The position numbers and the translations under genes were made by a program. Positions 1-11,580 of a stretch of 64,000 nt of DNA are shown here, piece by piece (positions within the stretch are counted from its first letter, which is position 1; every line of letters starts with the position of its first letter). Source of the stretch: an uncultured Desulfospira sp. (lineage in GTDB: Bacteria > Desulfobacterota > Desulfobacteria > Desulfobacterales > Desulfobacteraceae); contig OY760175.1 in the NCBI GenBank assembly GCA_963663165.1, positions 6,624,001 through 6,688,000 on the forward strand, in the 5' to 3' direction. The notes beneath the pieces were generated by a model. It was not told where the DNA came from and did no database searches. It saw only the letters and a program-made list of their open reading frames with translations.

Positions 1-1392
1 GGGATCCGCCTTGCCCCTGGATTTTTTCATGATCTGCCCCATAAAGAAGCTGAACAACTTGGTTTTTCCCTGTCTGTAGGCGTCAACCTCATCGGGGTTT
101 TCCGTGATCACGGCCTCAACCATAGATTCGAGTTCAGACAGGTCGGACACCTGTTCAAGCCCTTTTTCGCGGACGATGTCGGCAGCCGGCTTGCCGGTCT
201 CAGCCATCTGCTCAAATACCTCTTTGCCGGCCCTGGCATTGATGGTTCCGTTTTCCATGAGATGGAGCAGTTCAAAAAATGCTTTGGCCGTGACCGGGGA
301 CTCATGGATTTCTATTCCCCTGGCATTGAGCATACCCAAAAGGGTGGTCATGGTCCAGTTGGCCGCCTGTTTGATATCTTTAAGACCTTTGACTGTCTCT
401 TCAAAGAAATCGGCTAAGTCAAGGCTTGCCGTCAGTACCTGGGCGTCATATTCGGACAGCGCATACTGGTCAACAAACCGCGCCTTTTTCTCATCGGGCA
501 GTTCAGGCATTTCTTTGGCAGCCGTCTTTATCCATTCATCATCCACAATCAGCGGCACCAGGTCCGGATCGGGAAAATACCGGTAGTCGTGGGCCTCTTC
601 CTTTCCTCTCATGGAAAAGGTCTTATTCTGGTCAGGGTCCCACAGGCGGGTTTCCTGGACCACGGTATCACCGGCATCCAGCACATAGGACTGGCGCTGG
701 ATTTCATACAAAATGGCCTTTTCGACATTTTTAAAGGAGTTCAGGTTTTTCAGCTCCGCCCGGATGCCGAATTCCTCCTGGCCTTTAGGCCGTAATGACA
801 CGTTGGCATCACACCGGAAACTGCCTTCTTCCATGTTGCCGTCACACACGTCAATATACTTTAAAATGGCATGAAGCTTTCTTAAATAAGCACCGGCTTC
901 TTCGGCGCTTCGGATATCGGGTTCGCTGACAATCTCAATTAAGGGAACACCGGTCCGGTTCAGGTCCACCATGCTTCTGGCCCTGGCCGGATCATGGATG
1001 AGTTTTCCGGCATCTTCTTCCATATGAATTCGGGTGATGCCGATGCGCCGGGGGCCGCGACCCTCGGTTTCAATATCTAAATGGCCGTGTTCGGCAATGG
1101 GGAATTCGTACTGGGAGATCTGGTATCCTTTGGGCAAATCCGGATAAAAGTAGTTTTTCCGGTCAAACCGGCTTTCTTTGTTGATGGTGCAGTTGGTGGC
1201 AAGGGCGGCCTTGATGGCAAAGGTGACGGCGGTCTGGTTGAGGACCGGCAACACCCCGGGCATCCCGGTGCAGACCGGGCAGGTATTGGCGTTGGGAGAT
1301 TTTCCAAACTCGGTGGAGCAGGCGCAAAAAATTTTTGTTTTGGTTTTCAGCTGGGCATGGACTTCAAGGCCAATGACAGGTTCATATATCAT
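1..1392 (-). CDS. gatB: Asp-tRNA(Asn)/Glu-tRNA(Gln) amidotransferase subunit B (3' end runs off the window)
   Basis: Manual translation of the minus strand from ATG at 1392 gives [23 protein letters not shown], followed by GatB motifs ([38 protein letters not shown]). Absent from the ORF track because its stop lies outside the window. Confidence 0.96.
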   Translation of the reverse strand, partial: MIYEPVIGLEVHAQLKTKTKIFCACSTEFGKSPNANTCPVCTGMPGVLPVLNQTAVTFAIKAALATNCTINKESRFDRKNYFYPDLPKGYQISQYEFPIAEHGHLDIETEGRGPRRIGITRIHMEEDAGKLIHDPARARSMVDLNRTGVPLIEIVSEPDIRSAEEAGAYLRKLHAILKYIDVCDGNMEEGSFRCDANVSLRPKGQEEFGIRAELKNLNSFKNVEKAILYEIQRQSYVLDAGDTVVQETRLWDPDQNKTFSMRGKEEAHDYRYFPDPDLVPLIVDDEWIKTAAKEMPELPDEKKARFVDQYALSEYDAQVLTASLDLADFFEETVKGLKDIKQAANWTMTTLLGMLNARGIEIHESPVTAKAFFELLHLMENGTINARAGKEVFEQMAETGKPAADIVREKGLEQVSDLSELESMVEAVITENPDEVDAYRQGKTKLFSFFMGQIMKKSRGKADP

Positions 1393-1545
1393 AAATGGTC
1401 TGTTTCCCGAATGGGTTCTAAGTTAATTAAAGTGTAATCAGGCTTTCTATATACCCATTGAATTTAGATTTTTCAAGTTATTTAAACTTAAGCAATCTTG
1501 TGATATATTCGCAGATTTAAAATAACCAAAGCATGGAAGGCTGTA

Positions 1546-1737
1546 ATGAAATTTTTCCTTAGTGTCATCGGCATGGTCATGATTGTGGAAGGACTGCCTT
1601 ACTTTGCCTTTCCTAAGCGGATGAAAGAGATGGTTCAGGTGATTTTAGGCCTTGAAGAGTCTCAGTTGCGGCGGTTTGGCTTTTTTCTCATGCTGATCGG
1701 GCTAGGGGTGGTTTACGCGGCTGCCGGGAGAGGGTAA
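1546..1737 (+). CDS. DUF2065-family small membrane protein
   Basis: 63 aa with two hydrophobic segments and a VEGLPYFAFP motif typical of DUF2065; directly upstream of queA. Confidence 0.8.
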   Translation: MKFFLSVIGMVMIVEGLPYFAFPKRMKEMVQVILGLEESQLRRFGFFLMLIGLGVVYAAAGRG

Positions 1738-2814
1738 GTGTATTTAATATCCGACTATGACTATGACCTGCCTGAGGACAAGATTGCCCAGGTGCCCTGT
1801 GAAAACCGGAGCCAATCCAGGCTCATGCACCTTCGGCGTGACGGCCATGGCCTGTTTCACCGAAAATTTCAGGATTTGCCGGACCTGCTTCACCCCGGGG
1901 ACCTGCTGGTGGTCAACGATACCCGGGTGGTTCCGGCCAGGCTGTTCGGAAAAAAGGAAACCGGGGGCAGGGTAGAGGTATTTGTCCTGGATTATGCCCA
2001 GGGGTTAAATCACCTTGAACAAACCGGGGTGTTTCAATGCAACTGCCTGATCCGGGCATCCATAAGCCCTAAGGCCGGGGCTGTCCTGACCCTTGAAGGA
2101 AAGGACGGCGCCCTAATGAAGGCCCGTGTGGAACAGGTTAAAGGCACGATGTTTGAACTTTGTTTTCTGGACGGGGATCTGTTCCCCGAGTTTTTACGGT
2201 GCAACGGCCGGGTGCCATTGCCGCCCTATATCAAGCGGGAACCGTCTTCCGGTGAACACAACAGCGACAAAGAAAATTATCAGACCGTTTATGCCAGAAA
2301 CGAGGGGGCAGTGGCCGCCCCTACGGCCGGGCTTCACTTTACCGGTGATTTGATCCGGGTGTTAACGCAAAAAGGGGTCACCCTGGCCCCCATCACCCTT
2401 CATGTGGGCTACGGCACCTTTGTTCCGGTCCGGTGCAAGGATATCCGAGACCATGAGATTCATACGGAAATTTATTCTCTGTCCCCGTCCACCGCTGAAT
2501 TGATCAATCAGGCCAAAGCGGAAAAAAGACGTGTGGTGGCCGTTGGCACCACATCGGTCAGGACCCTGGAGTTTTTGGCTGATGAGGCCGGGTGCGTTCA
2601 ACCCGGCTCAGGCACCTGTAACCTTTATATTTACCCGGGGTATCAATTTAAATGTGTGGATGCCATGGTCACCAATTTTCATTTGCCAAAATCCACGCTG
2701 ATTATGCTGGTGTCTGCATTTTATGACCGGGAACGGGTGCTGGCGGCCTATGAAACCGCCGTGACCGAGGATTACCGGTTCTTCAGTTATGGGGATGCCA
2801 TGTTCATCGAATAG
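1738..2814 (+). CDS. queA: S-adenosylmethionine:tRNA ribosyltransferase-isomerase
   Basis: YDYDLPEDKIAQ, VVNDTRVVPARL, AVAAPTAGLHF, TNFHLPKSTL and YRFFSYGDAM motifs; adjacent to tgt. Confidence 0.97.
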   Translation: MYLISDYDYDLPEDKIAQVPCENRSQSRLMHLRRDGHGLFHRKFQDLPDLLHPGDLLVVNDTRVVPARLFGKKETGGRVEVFVLDYAQGLNHLEQTGVFQCNCLIRASISPKAGAVLTLEGKDGALMKARVEQVKGTMFELCFLDGDLFPEFLRCNGRVPLPPYIKREPSSGEHNSDKENYQTVYARNEGAVAAPTAGLHFTGDLIRVLTQKGVTLAPITLHVGYGTFVPVRCKDIRDHEIHTEIYSLSPSTAELINQAKAEKRRVVAVGTTSVRTLEFLADEAGCVQPGSGTCNLYIYPGYQFKCVDAMVTNFHLPKSTLIMLVSAFYDRERVLAAYETAVTEDYRFFSYGDAMFIE

Positions 2815-2816
2815 AG

Positions 2817-2942
2817 GTATTTGAACGAAAACTTACCCATCTGCGGCGTTGCTGCGAAATTTTAAGATCCTCACGTACAACCGTACGCTCCGGTCTTAAA
2901 ATTCCTTGCGCCTTGCATATGGCCAAGGGGGCATCCAAATAT
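2817..2942 (+). repeat. Family-B palindromic element (about 125 bp, ERIC/RPE-like), copy 1
   Basis: Contains CCCATCTGCGGCGTTGCT...ATCCTCACGTAC-N4-GTACGCTCCGGT...CTTGCGCCTTGCATATGG; near-identical to the copies at 15658, 15783 and 33337. Confidence 0.9.
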
Positions 2943-2955
2943 CAAAGAGGTGTAG

Positions 2956-4152
<1,197 letters not shown>

Positions 4153-4176
4153 TTTCCTAAATACGGGAGAGTATAT

Positions 4177-4524
4177 ATGCATGAAATGGGAATTGCCCAG
4201 CAGCTGGTTCAGATCGCCATTGAGTCCATCCCAAAGGATATGGAAAATCCAAAGGTGGAGACGGTTAATTTGAGAATCGGAAAGCTGGCGGCTGTGGTGG
4301 AACACAGCCTGACGTTCTGTTTTGAAATTATTACCAAGGACACCCCTTTGGAGAATGCTCAGCTGGTCATCGATTCGGTTCCCGTAAAGATACACTGCAA
4401 CACCTGCGGCCATGAATGGGAGGCGGATTCCCCCATGTTCAAGTGTCCTGAATGCAAAGACGGGGAAATTGAGATGGTTTCAGGAAGGGAGATTGATATA
4501 ACGTCTATCGAAATAGCAGATTAA
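4177..4524 (+). CDS. hypA: Hydrogenase maturation nickel metallochaperone HypA
   Basis: N-terminal MHE Ni-binding motif, two CxxC motifs and a C-terminal SGRE. Confidence 0.96.
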   Translation: MHEMGIAQQLVQIAIESIPKDMENPKVETVNLRIGKLAAVVEHSLTFCFEIITKDTPLENAQLVIDSVPVKIHCNTCGHEWEADSPMFKCPECKDGEIEMVSGREIDITSIEIAD

Positions 4525-4544
4525 CAGGGAAAGGGTTTTAGCTT

Positions 4545-5213
4545 ATGGAAATCAAGATACAAAAACGGGTATTGGAGAAAAACGAGACCGATGCAGATAA
4601 AAACCGGGCCTTTTTCAAAGACGCCAATCTGTTTGTTTTAAATATGATGTCCTCCCCGGGATCGGGAAAAACCCAGACCCTGTGCGAATCTTTGGGAAAA
4701 CTCATGCCCGAGATCCGGACCGGGGTCATTGTGGGGGATATCTGCACGGCCAATGATGCGGACCGGCTCAAGGTCACCGGGGCCAAGGTCACCCAGATCA
4801 ATACAGACCAGTTCGGGGGAGACTGCCATCTGTCAGCCGCCCTTGTGGGGCAGTCCGCAAGGCAGCTCGGGTGTGAGGACCTGGATCTTTTGATTGTGGA
4901 AAATATCGGGAACCTGGTCTGCCCCGCCGAGTTTGATATTGGCGAGGACGCCAGGGCCGTTGTCTTGAGCGTGACCGAAGGCGAAGATAAACCCTTGAAA
5001 TACCCCCTTATGTTCCAGGTGGCGGATGTGGCGCTGTTAAATAAGGTGGATCTTCTGCCCTATCTTGATTTTGATGCGGCCCTGGCTGTGGAGAATATGG
5101 GACAGGTTCACCCGGGCATGCCGGTGTTTCAGGTTTCGGCTAAGACCGGCCAGGGGCTTGAGGCGTGGCTGGAGTGGATCCGGGAGAAGGTTTGGCTTAA
5201 GGTGGGAAGGTGA
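4545..5213 (+). CDS. hypB: Hydrogenase nickel incorporation GTPase HypB
   Basis: SSPGSGKT, CHL, ENIGNLVCPA, EGEDKPLKYP and NKVD motifs. Confidence 0.96.
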   Translation: MEIKIQKRVLEKNETDADKNRAFFKDANLFVLNMMSSPGSGKTQTLCESLGKLMPEIRTGVIVGDICTANDADRLKVTGAKVTQINTDQFGGDCHLSAALVGQSARQLGCEDLDLLIVENIGNLVCPAEFDIGEDARAVVLSVTEGEDKPLKYPLMFQVADVALLNKVDLLPYLDFDAALAVENMGQVHPGMPVFQVSAKTGQGLEAWLEWIREKVWLKVGR

Positions 5214-5259
5214 GAAAGTGAGAAAGCGAGCAGGTGAGAAATCCTGGCCCTGAGGGATC

Positions 5260-5289
5260 TTGACAGTTGATGTGCAATCATTGTATGTT
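5260..5289 (+). promoter_or_regulatory. Putative sigma70 promoter with an overlapping inverted repeat (candidate TA operator)
   Basis: TTGACA-N18-TATGTT upstream of the RHH gene, with an imperfect palindrome TGCAAT-C-ATTGTA between the boxes. Confidence 0.45.
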
Positions 5290-5324
5290 TCGATATAAGT
5301 CTTAAAGATTATGGGGGATATAAT

Positions 5325-5576
5325 ATGCGTACATGCACAGTGAATATTGCCTTTCAAAAAGATTTACTTCAGGAAATTGACCGGATTGCCAAGGAAGAGT
5401 CCCGCAGCCGCTCTGAGTTTCTTCGCGAGGCAGCGCGGGCATACATCCAGCGCAAACAAAGATGGGCCGATATTTTTTCCATGGGGCAAATGATTGCCAG
5501 GGATAAAAATCTTGTTCCTGAGGATGTATCTAAAGAGATCCAACTGTATCGAAGGGAAAAGGCAGCGGGAAGATGA
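5325..5576 (+). CDS. Ribbon-helix-helix (CopG-like) antitoxin
   Basis: TVNIAF...LLQEIDRIAKEESRSRSEFLREAAR RHH pattern; overlaps the PIN gene at ATGA. Confidence 0.85.
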   Translation: MRTCTVNIAFQKDLLQEIDRIAKEESRSRSEFLREAARAYIQRKQRWADIFSMGQMIARDKNLVPEDVSKEIQLYRREKAAGR

Positions 5577-5986
5577 CCGCTCGCGTAGTTCTGGATTCCA
5601 ATGTGATCACCTCTGGATTTTTATTCGGAGGGCCACCGGCCCGTCTAATTGAACATATTGTAAATGGGACGATACACGGCTTCACATCTTTGCCGATTCT
5701 TGATGAAGTGCGGGAGGTTTTACAGCGCCCAAAATTGGGCCTTTCACCTGAACAGGCATTCCGTTTAATTGAAGAACTGCATAACTCATGTGCTTTGGTG
5801 AAACCAAGCCGCCGGGTCCGGGCGATTATAGATGACCCGGATGATGATATGATTTTGGAATGCGCTTTCGAGGCCAATGCTGATCTGATCATATCCGGTG
5901 ACGCGCATTTGCTGAATCTCGGCTGTTGGGAACATATCCGGATATTGTCACCATCCCGCGCATTAAAGGAAATTGAGGGGCAATAA
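5573..5986 (+). CDS. PIN-domain toxin (PIN_3-type)
   Basis: RVVLDSNV, DPDDDMILECA and IISGDAHLL acidic PIN motifs. Confidence 0.9.
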   Translation: MTARVVLDSNVITSGFLFGGPPARLIEHIVNGTIHGFTSLPILDEVREVLQRPKLGLSPEQAFRLIEELHNSCALVKPSRRVRAIIDDPDDDMILECAFEANADLIISGDAHLLNLGCWEHIRILSPSRALKEIEGQ

Positions 5987-6000
5987 TTGATGGGGGTCTT

Positions 6001-6864
6001 ATGGAAATAAAGACGGCTGCTTTTGCAGGGTCCTGGTATCCCCGGGATAAAAAGGGGTGTGAGGTTGCCATCCAGGGATTTTTAAAAGAAAAATCCGGTC
6101 CCCTTAAAGGCGATTTTACAGCCGGTGTTGTTCCCCATGCCGGCTGGGTTTTTTCAGGCGCCATTGCCTGCCGGGTAATGGCAAGCCTTGTACCGGCCAG
6201 GGGGGGGGATGCGGTGGATACCGTTCTTCTTTTCGGGTGCCACATGCATGAGAATTCCCAAAGTTATGTCATGGGCGGCGGCGCAGTTGAAACCCCTTTT
6301 GGCATGATTGAAGTGGACACTGAACTTGCAGACGGCCTGGCTTCTGATGCCAGCCTGGGCATCCAATCCATTTCTCCGTCAAAATTCCCTCAGGAAAATA
6401 CCCTGGAACTTCAATACCCGTTTATCAAATATTTCTTCCCCAACGCCCGGATTCTGGTATCCGGGGTGGCCCCGTCTTCCCTGGCCGCCCGTATCGGCCG
6501 GGCCGCTGTCGCCCACGCCATGGATTTGAACCGGAACATCAAAATCATCGGGTCTACAGATATGAGCCATTATGGCCCGGGGTTTGGATTTACCCCGGCC
6601 GGAACCGGCCCCAAAGCGGTTGACTGGGTAACAAATCAAAATGATGCCAAGGCCATTGCCTCCATGAAATCCATGGATGAGGATGCCATACTTGAACAGG
6701 GACTGGAACATCATAATATGTGCTGCCCGGGTGCCGTGGCCGCAACCGTTGCCGCAGCCAAAAAAATGGGCGCCGCCAAAGCCTTTTTGCTTGACTATGC
6801 CACAAGTTTCGAAACATCCAGGTCTGACTCTTTTGTGGGCTATTCAGGCCTGCTTTACGGGTAA
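6001..6864 (+). CDS. amrB: AmmeMemoRadiSam system protein B (MEMO1-like)
   Basis: AGSWYP, VPHAGWVFSG, ELQYPF, STDMSHYG, NMCCPG and VGYS motifs. Confidence 0.9.
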   Translation: MEIKTAAFAGSWYPRDKKGCEVAIQGFLKEKSGPLKGDFTAGVVPHAGWVFSGAIACRVMASLVPARGGDAVDTVLLFGCHMHENSQSYVMGGGAVETPFGMIEVDTELADGLASDASLGIQSISPSKFPQENTLELQYPFIKYFFPNARILVSGVAPSSLAARIGRAAVAHAMDLNRNIKIIGSTDMSHYGPGFGFTPAGTGPKAVDWVTNQNDAKAIASMKSMDEDAILEQGLEHHNMCCPGAVAATVAAAKKMGAAKAFLLDYATSFETSRSDSFVGYSGLLYG

Positions 6865-6874
6865 GGCGGTTCCC

Positions 6875-7729
6875 TTACTCATACAGCAGGTGGTTCATGA
6901 TATCCTTAATATCTTCCGTGATTTCGTCCCAGATCTCCGGGGTCAGGTGATTTTTCCAGTCTCCTGAAATGCCTTTTCTAAAGAAATTGTTTTGATCTTC
7001 TGTTCCCTGTTTTCTGCCTTTGGACAGTTTGGAAAATTGATTTTCGTCAATGATTTTTTGAATTTCAGATGGCTCAGACCGGATATTTAAAAAATTGAGC
7101 AGGGCTGTCACGGTAGCCGTGGTATCGGATAAAAGGTCTTCGTACCTCACCCACAGCAGTTGGTTTGGCCGGTCATCAAAAGCGCTGCTCAATTTTTTAA
7201 TATGGGTTCCCCAGGTAAACGCCACCTTTTTTGCCCAGACCACTAAATCCCCGCCGGATCGCTCTAAAAAATCCGGTTCGACCCTTAGATTGTTGAACCA
7301 GCTGGATATGGCAACATCCTTTGGGTTTCGCACAATCCCTATAAATTTAGCCTCTGGGAATGATTGGATATAAATTTCAGGGTTACCGATGATGCCGTTG
7401 TCTTTGGAGCCCACATGGCTGATCGGTTTGTTCACCCGGGAATACTTTAATAAAGCCTGGGTGACTATCCATTTAAAACAGTATATCCGGTCGGTTTCAT
7501 CAAAAAGATAGGTGTCTTTCTGGTTGGCCGTCTCTTGGTTGGTTTTTTCGACCAATTGGTTATACCTGTCCAACAACTGGGTGATACCGGCAAGACAAGC
7601 AGTGAACTTGTCCTCAGGCCGGCAAAAAATTTGATGATGGCAGTTTAATATCATCTGAACCCAGGTGGTACCGGATTTGGGAACACCTGTGATAAAGAAA
7701 ACAGATGGGGGGCGGTTGGTTTTAATCAT
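6875..7729 (-). CDS. PAPS-dependent sulfotransferase
   Basis: GVPKSGTTW (5'-PSB loop), RNPKDVAIS (3'-PB), RYEDL and FFRKGISGDWKN motifs; AT-rich relative to its neighbours. Confidence 0.9.
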   Translation of the reverse strand: MIKTNRPPSVFFITGVPKSGTTWVQMILNCHHQIFCRPEDKFTACLAGITQLLDRYNQLVEKTNQETANQKDTYLFDETDRIYCFKWIVTQALLKYSRVNKPISHVGSKDNGIIGNPEIYIQSFPEAKFIGIVRNPKDVAISSWFNNLRVEPDFLERSGGDLVVWAKKVAFTWGTHIKKLSSAFDDRPNQLLWVRYEDLLSDTTATVTALLNFLNIRSEPSEIQKIIDENQFSKLSKGRKQGTEDQNNFFRKGISGDWKNHLTPEIWDEITEDIKDIMNHLLYE

Positions 7730-7802
7730 TTTAATTCCCTTTATTGGGTGTCTGACCGAAAACCCGTGTTAGAACGGCTCTGCCGAGCCGTTCAGGCAGA
7801 GT

Positions 7803-9203
7803 CTAAATGTCTGAACATTTGTCTGCTGCCTGTTTGATTCGGGCCACGGTCTTTTCCTTTCCCAAAGCCAGCAGCATTTCAAATATACCGGGGCTTACGG
7901 TGGTGCCGGTAACAGCTACCCGCAGCGGCTGGGCGATCTTGCCGAATTTGAGCCCGGTTTCTTCCATGATGGCTTTGAAAATATTTTCAAGGTTTTCCTG
8001 GGTATATGGGCCTATGGTGTCAATGGCCTGTCCCGCCTGTTCCAGCATGGGCCTGATGTCCGGCTTGAGGAATTTTTTGACCGCCTTTTCATCAAACTCT
8101 ACATGGTCCAGATAATAGAATCTGGCCCCTGCCGCCATCTCCTTCATGGTTTTGGCCCTGGGCTGAAGGGTTTCAATCACCCCTTTGGTAAATTCATCTT
8201 CTTGGGCTTGGATACCAAGCTCCCTGAGATGGAAAACCAGCTGGGGGGAAAGTTCTTCAGGGCTTTTTGCCTGGATATGTTTGGCATTGAGGGAGTTCAT
8301 TTTGTCCATGTCAAACATGGAGGCTGAACGGCCAAGGTGTTCCAGGTCAAATTTTTCAATCAAATCCTTTCGGGTGAAAAATTCCTGATCGCCATGGGAC
8401 CAGCCTAAGCGGACCAGATAGTTGATCATGGCATCGGGCAGAAAGCCCATGGCCTTGTATTCTCCCACAGACATGGCGCCGTGCCGTTTGCTTAACCTGG
8501 CCTTGTCCGGGCCAAGTACCATGGGCACATGGCCAAAGACCGGCAGGGCCGCATTCAGGGCCTGGTAAATGAGAATTTGTTTGGGGGTGTTGATCAGGTG
8601 GTCGTCTCCCCGGATGATGGTATTAATGCCCATGGTCAGGTCATCCACCACCACGGCCAGGTTATACATGGGGGAGCCGTCGCTTCTTTGAATGATAAAG
8701 TCGTCCATTTCCGCATTCTGAAAAGCGGTATCCCCCTTGACAATGTCCTTTACCACGGTAACCCCAGTGTCCGGGGTTCTGAGCCGGACCACGGTGTGGT
8801 CCCCTTTTTTGAGCCCCAAGTCCCGGCATTTGCCGTTGTACATGGGTTTAAGCCCTTTGGCTTTGGCTTGTTCGCGCATCTCATTAACCTCTTCGGGTGA
8901 GCATGAGCAGTAGTAGGCATGGCCTGAGGCGACCAGTTTTTCGATGTATTCTTTATAAATATCGTATCGTTTGGTCTGAAAATAGGGGCCCTCATCCCAA
9001 TCGATTCCCAGCCATTCCAGGGATTCCAGGATGGCGGCCGTTGATTCGTCCGTTGATCTGGCCTGGTCTGTGTCTTCGATTCTGAGGACAAATTTTCCTT
9101 GGGTTTTTCTGGCGTAAAGCCAGTTAAACAGCGCCGTCCTGGCCCCGCCAATGTGCAGGTAGCCGGTAGGAGAGGGGGGAAAGCGGGTGATGATGGTGTC
9201 CAT
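7803..9203 (-). CDS. gltX: Glutamate--tRNA ligase
   Basis: RFPPSPTGYLHIGG (HIGH), IIRGDDH and LSKRHGA (KMSKS-like) motifs. Confidence 0.98.
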   Translation of the reverse strand: MDTIITRFPPSPTGYLHIGGARTALFNWLYARKTQGKFVLRIEDTDQARSTDESTAAILESLEWLGIDWDEGPYFQTKRYDIYKEYIEKLVASGHAYYCSCSPEEVNEMREQAKAKGLKPMYNGKCRDLGLKKGDHTVVRLRTPDTGVTVVKDIVKGDTAFQNAEMDDFIIQRSDGSPMYNLAVVVDDLTMGINTIIRGDDHLINTPKQILIYQALNAALPVFGHVPMVLGPDKARLSKRHGAMSVGEYKAMGFLPDAMINYLVRLGWSHGDQEFFTRKDLIEKFDLEHLGRSASMFDMDKMNSLNAKHIQAKSPEELSPQLVFHLRELGIQAQEDEFTKGVIETLQPRAKTMKEMAAGARFYYLDHVEFDEKAVKKFLKPDIRPMLEQAGQAIDTIGPYTQENLENIFKAIMEETGLKFGKIAQPLRVAVTGTTVSPGIFEMLLALGKEKTVARIKQAADKCSDI

Positions 9204-9385
9204 ATAGGTTCTCCAGTTAGTTGTTTTTTAAATTAATTGGGGCATTACCTACCATAAAACCAATCAATGGGCAATCTTACATTACAAAAAACATTGACTA
9301 TTTTAACGGACTGGGGTATCTAAGTTTGTTTTATCGCAATTGTATGTAAATGGTAAGAATAACCATAAAACGTTAGGAGAGAACA

Positions 9386-9571
9386 ATGGCAGTACCAAAG
9401 CAGAAAAGCTCCAAGGCAAGGGGCAGAAAAAGACGGACCCATTACAAAACAAGCGCCCCCACGGTAACCCTGTGCCCGGAATGCCAGGAACCCAAACTGC
9501 CCCATACGGCCTGCCCCGAATGCGGTGCATATAAAAACAGAAACGTGAATGACCCGGAACCTGAGGATTAG
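9386..9571 (+). CDS. rpmF: 50S ribosomal protein L32
   Basis: MAVPKQKSSKAR...CPEC...PHTACPECGAY; strong GGAG RBS. Confidence 0.97.
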   Translation: MAVPKQKSSKARGRKRRTHYKTSAPTVTLCPECQEPKLPHTACPECGAYKNRNVNDPEPED

Positions 9572-9586
9572 AACAGGAGCCTTTGC

Positions 9587-9820
9587 ATGACAATCGAGAC
9601 CAAGGTAATAAAGGTGATTGCGGAAAAAATCCAGGGCATTGACATAGAAGACGTGGTTCCCGAGGCATCCCTGGTGGAGGATCTTGGGGCGGATTCGCTG
9701 ACCATAGTGGAACTGGTCATGTCAATGGAAGAGGTGTTTGAAATCGAAATTGACGATGATGATGCCCAGGCCCTGGTGACGGTTCAGGACGCCATCGATT
9801 ATATCAAGAAAAAATCATAA
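9587..9820 (+). CDS. acpP: Acyl carrier protein
   Basis: DLGADSL phosphopantetheine site; highly acidic 77-aa protein. Confidence 0.96.
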   Translation: MTIETKVIKVIAEKIQGIDIEDVVPEASLVEDLGADSLTIVELVMSMEEVFEIEIDDDDAQALVTVQDAIDYIKKKS

Positions 9821-9830
9821 GGACAGGGCC

Positions 9831-10286
9831 ATGAGCGCTGAGAACGCCGTTATTATCGGAAGCGACCATGCGGCCGTTGAATTAAAGGAAAAGGTTAAAA
9901 AATACCTTCTGGACCGGGGGATTGAAGTGGAAGACGCCGGGACCCATACAACGGACTCCGTCAACTATGTGGATTACGGCAAAAAGGTGGCCGGTGCCGT
10001 GTCCAGGGGAGAGTACCCCAGAGGAATCCTGCTGTGCGGAACCGGTATCGGCATGTCCATTACGGCCAACCGGTTTGAAAATGTCCGGGCCGCCCTGTGC
10101 TCCGATGTTTTCAGCGTAAAAATGAGCCGCCTTCACAATGATTCCAATATTCTTGTCATGGGCGGCCGGATTTTAGGGGATATCCTGGCTTTTGAACTGG
10201 TTGCCACCTGGCTGGACACCCCATTTGAAGGGGGCCGCCACCTGGAGAGAATCCAATCCATAGACCACCCGGAAACCGGAAAATAG
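9831..10286 (+). CDS. rpiB: Ribose-5-phosphate isomerase B
   Basis: GSDHA, CGTGIG, HNDSN and FEGGRH motifs. Confidence 0.96.
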   Translation: MSAENAVIIGSDHAAVELKEKVKKYLLDRGIEVEDAGTHTTDSVNYVDYGKKVAGAVSRGEYPRGILLCGTGIGMSITANRFENVRAALCSDVFSVKMSRLHNDSNILVMGGRILGDILAFELVATWLDTPFEGGRHLERIQSIDHPETGK

Positions 10287-10313
10287 AAGACAGGAAACAA
10301 GAGAGCGCAAACA

Positions 10314-11579
10314 ATGGACAGCACACCGGAAACATCATCTAACGGATCTCTGATTGCTCAAGTGGATCCCCAAATCGCGCAGGTTATTGAAAGGGAGGCT
10401 GTCCGGCAGGAGCTTGGGCTCAACCTCATTGCATCTGAAAATACGGTCAGCAAAGCCGTTATGGCGGCCCAGGGGTCGGTCCTGACCAACAAATACGCCG
10501 AAGGGTATCCCAGCAAACGATACTACGGCGGGTGTGAATTTGTGGACCAGGCCGAAAACCTGGCCATTTCCCGGGCCAAAGAACTTTTCAACGTAGAATA
10601 CGCCAACGTCCAGCCCCATTCCGGGTCCCAGGCCAATATGGCGGTGTACTTTTCGCTGCTGTCCCCCGGTGACCGGATCCTGGCCATGGACCTGTCCCAC
10701 GGCGGCCATCTTACCCATGGGGCCGGTGTCAGCTTTTCAGGCAAATTGTTTGATTTTAAGCATTACGGCCTGTCCCCGGAGACCGAGACCATTGACCTGG
10801 ATCAGGTAAGAACGCTTGCCAAAAAACATTCCCCCAAACTCATTGTGGCCGGTGCCAGCGCCTATCCCCGGATTATCGACTTTAAGGGATTTGCCGACAT
10901 TGCTGCGGAGACCGGGGCCTTGTTCATGGTGGACATGGCCCATGTGGCAGGCCTTGTGGCGGCCGGGGTTCACCCAAGCCCGGTAGGCCTTGCCGACGTC
11001 ATCACCTCCACCACCCACAAGACCCTCAGGGGACCTAGAGGCGGACTGATTCTGGCTTCCCAGGAATATGCCCAGAAGCTGAATGCCAATATTTTTCCCG
11101 GTATTCAGGGCGGGCCCCTTATGCATGTCATTGCGGCCAAGGCCGTGGCCTTTAAGGAAGCCCTGGCGCCTGAATTTAAAACCTACCAGGCACAGGTGGT
11201 TAAAAATGCCGCCGCCCTGGCCTCGGTAATCATGGAACGTGGCTACAAGCTGGTGACCAACGGAACGGACAACCACATGGTTCTGGTGGATTTTACCGGC
11301 AGGGACATCACGGGAAAAGCGGCGGAAGAACGGCTGGGCCGGGCCCATATCACGGTAAACAAAAATACCGTGCCCAATGAAAAACGCGGACCTTTTGTGA
11401 CCTCGGGCGTCCGGATCGGCGTGCCGCTGGTCACTTCCAGAGGAATGAAGGAAGATGCCGTAAAACAGATCGCCGGCTGTATCTGTGATATTCTGGACAA
11501 CGAGGCCAAGGTTGAAAAAACCGCTGCCCGGGTCAAAGAGATTTGCCTGGCCTATCCCCTTTACAGAGACCAGTCCTGA
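10314..11579 (+). CDS. glyA: Serine hydroxymethyltransferase
   Basis: [14 protein letters not shown] and [12 protein letters not shown] (PLP lysine) motifs. Confidence 0.98.
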   Translation: MDSTPETSSNGSLIAQVDPQIAQVIEREAVRQELGLNLIASENTVSKAVMAAQGSVLTNKYAEGYPSKRYYGGCEFVDQAENLAISRAKELFNVEYANVQPHSGSQANMAVYFSLLSPGDRILAMDLSHGGHLTHGAGVSFSGKLFDFKHYGLSPETETIDLDQVRTLAKKHSPKLIVAGASAYPRIIDFKGFADIAAETGALFMVDMAHVAGLVAAGVHPSPVGLADVITSTTHKTLRGPRGGLILASQEYAQKLNANIFPGIQGGPLMHVIAAKAVAFKEALAPEFKTYQAQVVKNAAALASVIMERGYKLVTNGTDNHMVLVDFTGRDITGKAAEERLGRAHITVNKNTVPNEKRGPFVTSGVRIGVPLVTSRGMKEDAVKQIAGCICDILDNEAKVEKTAARVKEICLAYPLYRDQS

Positions 11580-11580
11580 T

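Noticed and set aside
104..1437. Plus-strand ORFs of 60-160 aa
   Set aside because: Shadow frames of gatB on the minus strand. Other long antisense ORFs, such as 10737-11690, 22215-22985 and 56549-57229, are likewise shadows of glyA, sat and the secreted protein.
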